Below, one piece after another: positions 60,678 to 64,000 of a stretch of DNA of 64,000 bases. The DNA comes from Vicugna vicugna (Eukaryota). The stretch covers positions 2,678,419-2,742,418 of the forward strand of contig MU058198.1 in the NCBI GenBank assembly GCA_013265495.1, given 5' to 3'. Under the pieces are notes generated by a model that was not told the origin of the DNA, ran no database searches, and worked only from the letters and a program-made list of their open reading frames with translations. The stretch's first letter is position 1. The number at the start of each line of letters is the position of its first letter. Both the position numbers and the translations under genes were made by a program.

Positions 60678-61131
60678 GTGGGGAGAGGTTCTGCTCAGAA
60701 AACAGACAACATATTCAAAGTAGACAATTTGAGAAGGGTTTACTAAAAAAGAAATGGGTTGCAGAAGTAAGGGTAAGATGATGGGGAGCCCCGGTAGCCG
60801 TGCAGAACCCGGGGCTGGCAGCGGAGTTGTCACCACCCACTCCCTGAAGGGAAGATGCCGGAGAGTTGTGTAGGGCGAGCCTCCCTGAGCAGTACCCTCT
60901 GCTGAGGGACCGGGCCGCCTGAGCTCACCTTTCAGAGAGGGAACCAGAGCAATAACATCCTGTCCTCCTGTCCTTCTGCTTCTGGGGCCTCCCACTGGCC
61001 AAACCCAACTAGAAGTGACAGGAGGTGGAAACTCGTGGATGGAATACATGCAGCTCAGCCTCTGGGGCTGAGAGCAGAGAGGAGGGGAGCAGAGAGGCGA
61101 TCTGGCGGGACACATGGAGACATCTGGCATG
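60678..61131 (-). mobile_element. LTR40a-like ERVL LTR
   Basis: 'cccactggccaaacccaactagaag', 'tcagcctctggggctgagagcag...gatctggcgggacacatggagacatctggca'. Confidence 0.7.
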
Positions 61132-61409
61132 GGGAATGGAAGCAACAGATGTTGGAGGATTTCTGAGGCTTCTTTGGGGTCAGGCTTCTGTTGGGTCAGG
61201 TCCAAACTCTCAGAGCTGCTTTTCACAGAGTCGGGTCACCAGCCTTACCCACATTTTACCTAAGGGAGGGGGGATCACCTGGAAAGAAGGTGTCACTGGG
61301 GGCAGCCCAGAGGACTGCTGCAACGGAACTTGGCTGGGGCGGGCAGTTCAGTCCCATAGAGAGGATCCATCCTCTGCTAAAGGGACAGAATTGGGAGTGC
61401 GAGAGGCTT

Positions 61410-61530
61410 GTTGGCAGCTCCACAAAGACCGTGATCTGAATTTACTTTGTTCCTTGATGTGTCCCAAGCAACTCAAGCAGTGCCTAGCATACAGTAGGTG
61501 CTCAATAAGTACCTGCTGAATGAATGAGAT
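61410..61530 (+). mobile_element. L2 3' terminus
   Basis: 'cagtgcctagcatacagtaggtgctcaataagtacctgctgaatgaatga'. Confidence 0.85.
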
Positions 61531-62239
61531 GTTTGGGCAAAGTGCGGTAGTCCGATTATATTCTCAGTGTAGTACCGTCCGGCTGCCTGGCTCAGCACCT
61601 GGACCTCCCAGGACTATTCAGGCGGCCTCATCTTTTTAGGAATTGCTCTTGGAAGAAACCCCAACACCAGGGGGGTCCAAATAGGGAAACCATTACCCAG
61701 TATTACTCTGGGATTTCCTGGATCAGGGAATAAAAACTAAAGCCTCTTCTCCAACTGCCTCCTTCTCACCAGCTGGAAATAACTCTGGGAACAAGTAGCT
61801 TGTGTCTCTGCATATTTCTCACTTGGCAAATCAGCAAGCAGTGTGTGGATTAGAGGATTAGGCACTAAATGAATGGCTAATGGTCTCTGTGAGATGCTGC
61901 ACAGAGGACATGAAGCAAGTGGCAGGGAACATGCTGAACTGCAGAGTTTCCTGAAGCGGGTCTCAGCCTTGGTCCCGGGAAAGCGCTGAGAACAGGGAAG
62001 AGGTAGATCTAGTCCTCTTCTTTCTTAAGGCCCAACTTGGCTGACTGATGTCTTAACCCCTGCCCTGTGGACCGCTAAATCAAAACAAAGGACCAGAGGC
62101 TGGTTCCCATTCAGCCAACTAAGATCTGTAAACATTGACCACGTGCCAGGCAAGTGCCAGGCACTGAAAGACATGGCCATGAGTGACACTGGCAATCTTC
62201 CTACCCTCCCTCAGCTTACAGTTGAGAGTAGATGTCACA

Positions 62240-62410
62240 ACCACATGGAATTTATAATGATGCAGATTCTGGGGCCACATGCCTAGATAGTCTGAAGTAA
62301 TAGGTCTGGAGATGGAATCAGAAATCTGTGTTAAAAAAAAACCAACTAAGGATTCTGGATGACTGTAACGCAGTTAGCTCCAGCTGTATCTTGAGAACCA
62401 ACTGGTCTAC
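62240..62410. mobile_element. MER5-like relic
   Basis: 'atgcagattctggggccac...taggtctggagatgg...ttgagaaccaactggtcta'. Confidence 0.6.
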
Positions 62411-63084
62411 CAGGAATATCATGCATTGAGTAAAAAAGTTCCTGGGCCAATTAGCACCCGTTTCTCCAAACTGGAATTCTGCCTCATCTTAAGGACATTC
62501 GATTCACAAGTAGGCAGAAAAGGAGAAAAATCTCACACTGTCAAAACTACTCTTGAAATTCCTTAGGAAGGTGCCATGTTGGAGGTCGTTACATCATCTG
62601 TTAAAAAGACCAGCCCAGCCAGTTTTCCTCCCCTATGGGGAGAAATCTTCATTTCTTCAATGGGCAGCAAATGGCTATCTTGGAGATTCTACTGTTAAAA
62701 AAGCACCAGTTTTTAAAGACTCCACACTGCATGATATTTCCTTTATAAGAGGCGCACAAGAAGAGCAGATTTAAGGCCCCATTTCAGTCTCGCTCTGGGG
62801 TGTGCACTTATGGAATGAAGTGGCAGGAAGAATGGCCTGTACTATTTAAGTTATTATTTCTTTTTCTTAATTTTCTCTTCAAATCCAAGTAGTTAGGTTT
62901 GCAGAAATTAAATGTGCACGTGATACAAGGCCATAGCTCTAGACTGACCATGAAAGATGCCTGCCACTTGCATCCCCCCATTTTGAGAAAGCGGAGAGAG
63001 GCTCCAAGCCTGTCACTTCCTTTGGGGGAATCCTTTATGGTTGGGTCACAATACTTGCACCATGTGACCCACATGCGGTTATTC

Positions 63085-63200
63085 TACCCAGGTCGAGCCG
63101 TGCACAACCTTCAGCTATTTTATTCACACAGACTACAGTGTGAATGACACCCTGGAGTTGTGCAGTACACAACCCGCACAACCTGATGTGATGGCCTTAA
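63085..63200. mobile_element. MER91A-like palindromic MITE
   Basis: 'tgcacaacc...attcacacagactacagtgtgaatgacaccctggagttgtgcagtacacaacc'. Confidence 0.7.
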
Positions 63201-63839
63201 CTGTACCCAAAGGCAGTCAGGCAACTCCAAGACTTTGCTCCAGGTCTTTGATCGGGTGGGTGGGAGTACATTTATTTTGTGGCTTTCAAATAATACAGCA
63301 GTGAAAACTGAGACAAAGGAAACACCCAAGAGAATCTGAGTCTCCATATTTCCAATTACACTGAACACGCATTCTTCACCCACACGAGCACCAATTCGTA
63401 TTATTCTGAGTTCCACCGAAATTGGCTCAAGCCCCTGGGGTGCTTCTTGTCTAGTTCCACTTGTTACCCTGGGATAATTGGTTTAAAACTGATTACTGGG
63501 TCACTAATTATGGGGCCTATTGACAGTATATTTCAGCTTAGGGAAGCAATTAAAAAGTTCACCCTAATTAATCAGGGGTAATTAACAGGTCTTAAATTTT
63601 GTCAAGAGATTAATTATCAAGAAATCCAGAACAAATCAATGTGTATTGCAAGAGGGTGAGAGAAGTCTCAGTCATCGGAGCTGCTGGTTATTTGGGCCAT
63701 TCATTCACTCGTTTAACTAACGGTTACTGAACATCTATATGGTGCCAAGCAAAGAGCCCGGGGACACCAGTGGCTTTGCTGATTGGAAGGGGAGTGGTCA
63801 GACGTGTGACCAGATGGTGGCAGAGAGCCTCTCTGAAGG

Positions 63840-64000
63840 CATAATAATAGTCATATTCCTAGCTGATGGTTTTGAGTGATTATTACATTCTACACACAAT
63901 ACTAAGAATCCACATCTTTTATTAAGGATCGTTAGGTAAATACTACTGGTTGTTTAACAGGTGAGAAAACTGAGGGCCCAGATAGGTTAAGAAACTCCCC
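63840..64000 (-). mobile_element. MIR SINE running off the window end
   Basis: 'tttaacaggtgagaaaactgagggcccagataggttaag'. Confidence 0.7.

Noticed and set aside
60645..61519. Longest ORFs in the track (193 aa and 164 aa)
   Set aside because: They lie over a GC-rich LTR40a-like element and an L2 end, start at non-ATG codons and show no recognisable domain.
1..64000. CRISPR array, operon or other prokaryote-type system
   Set aside because: The sequence is mammalian, with no regularly spaced direct repeats and no gene-dense organisation.

Overview
Mammalian non-coding genomic DNA, most likely from a camelid (alpaca, vicuna, llama or camel). The main evidence is three copies of a tRNA-Ala-derived SINE matching the camelid Vic-1 type; the L1 3' ends and a Tigger1 derivative look artiodactyl. 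I found no supportable protein-coding gene: the ORF-track entries are chance ORFs or decayed retroelement fragments (L1 ORF2 at ~6.1-6.4 kb, CR1/L3 RT at ~50.8-51.1 kb). Much of the window is interspersed repeats: MIR, L2, L3, old and younger L1, MaLR/ERVL/ERV1 solo LTRs, and hAT and Tigger DNA-transposon relics, often nested and several with readable target-site duplications (TSDs). Between them lie a CpG-island-like promoter candidate (~14.5-15.2 kb) and several repeat-free islands rich in developmental transcription-factor motifs, which suggests a gene desert or large intron carrying enhancers. There is one 21-N assembly gap. Repeat families were named from recalled consensus sequences by eye, not by a database search, so subfamily names and boundaries without TSDs are approximate. 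I saw no evidence of a new multi-gene system. The best leads are the orphan promoter, the putative enhancer cluster, and a few unusual insertion events.
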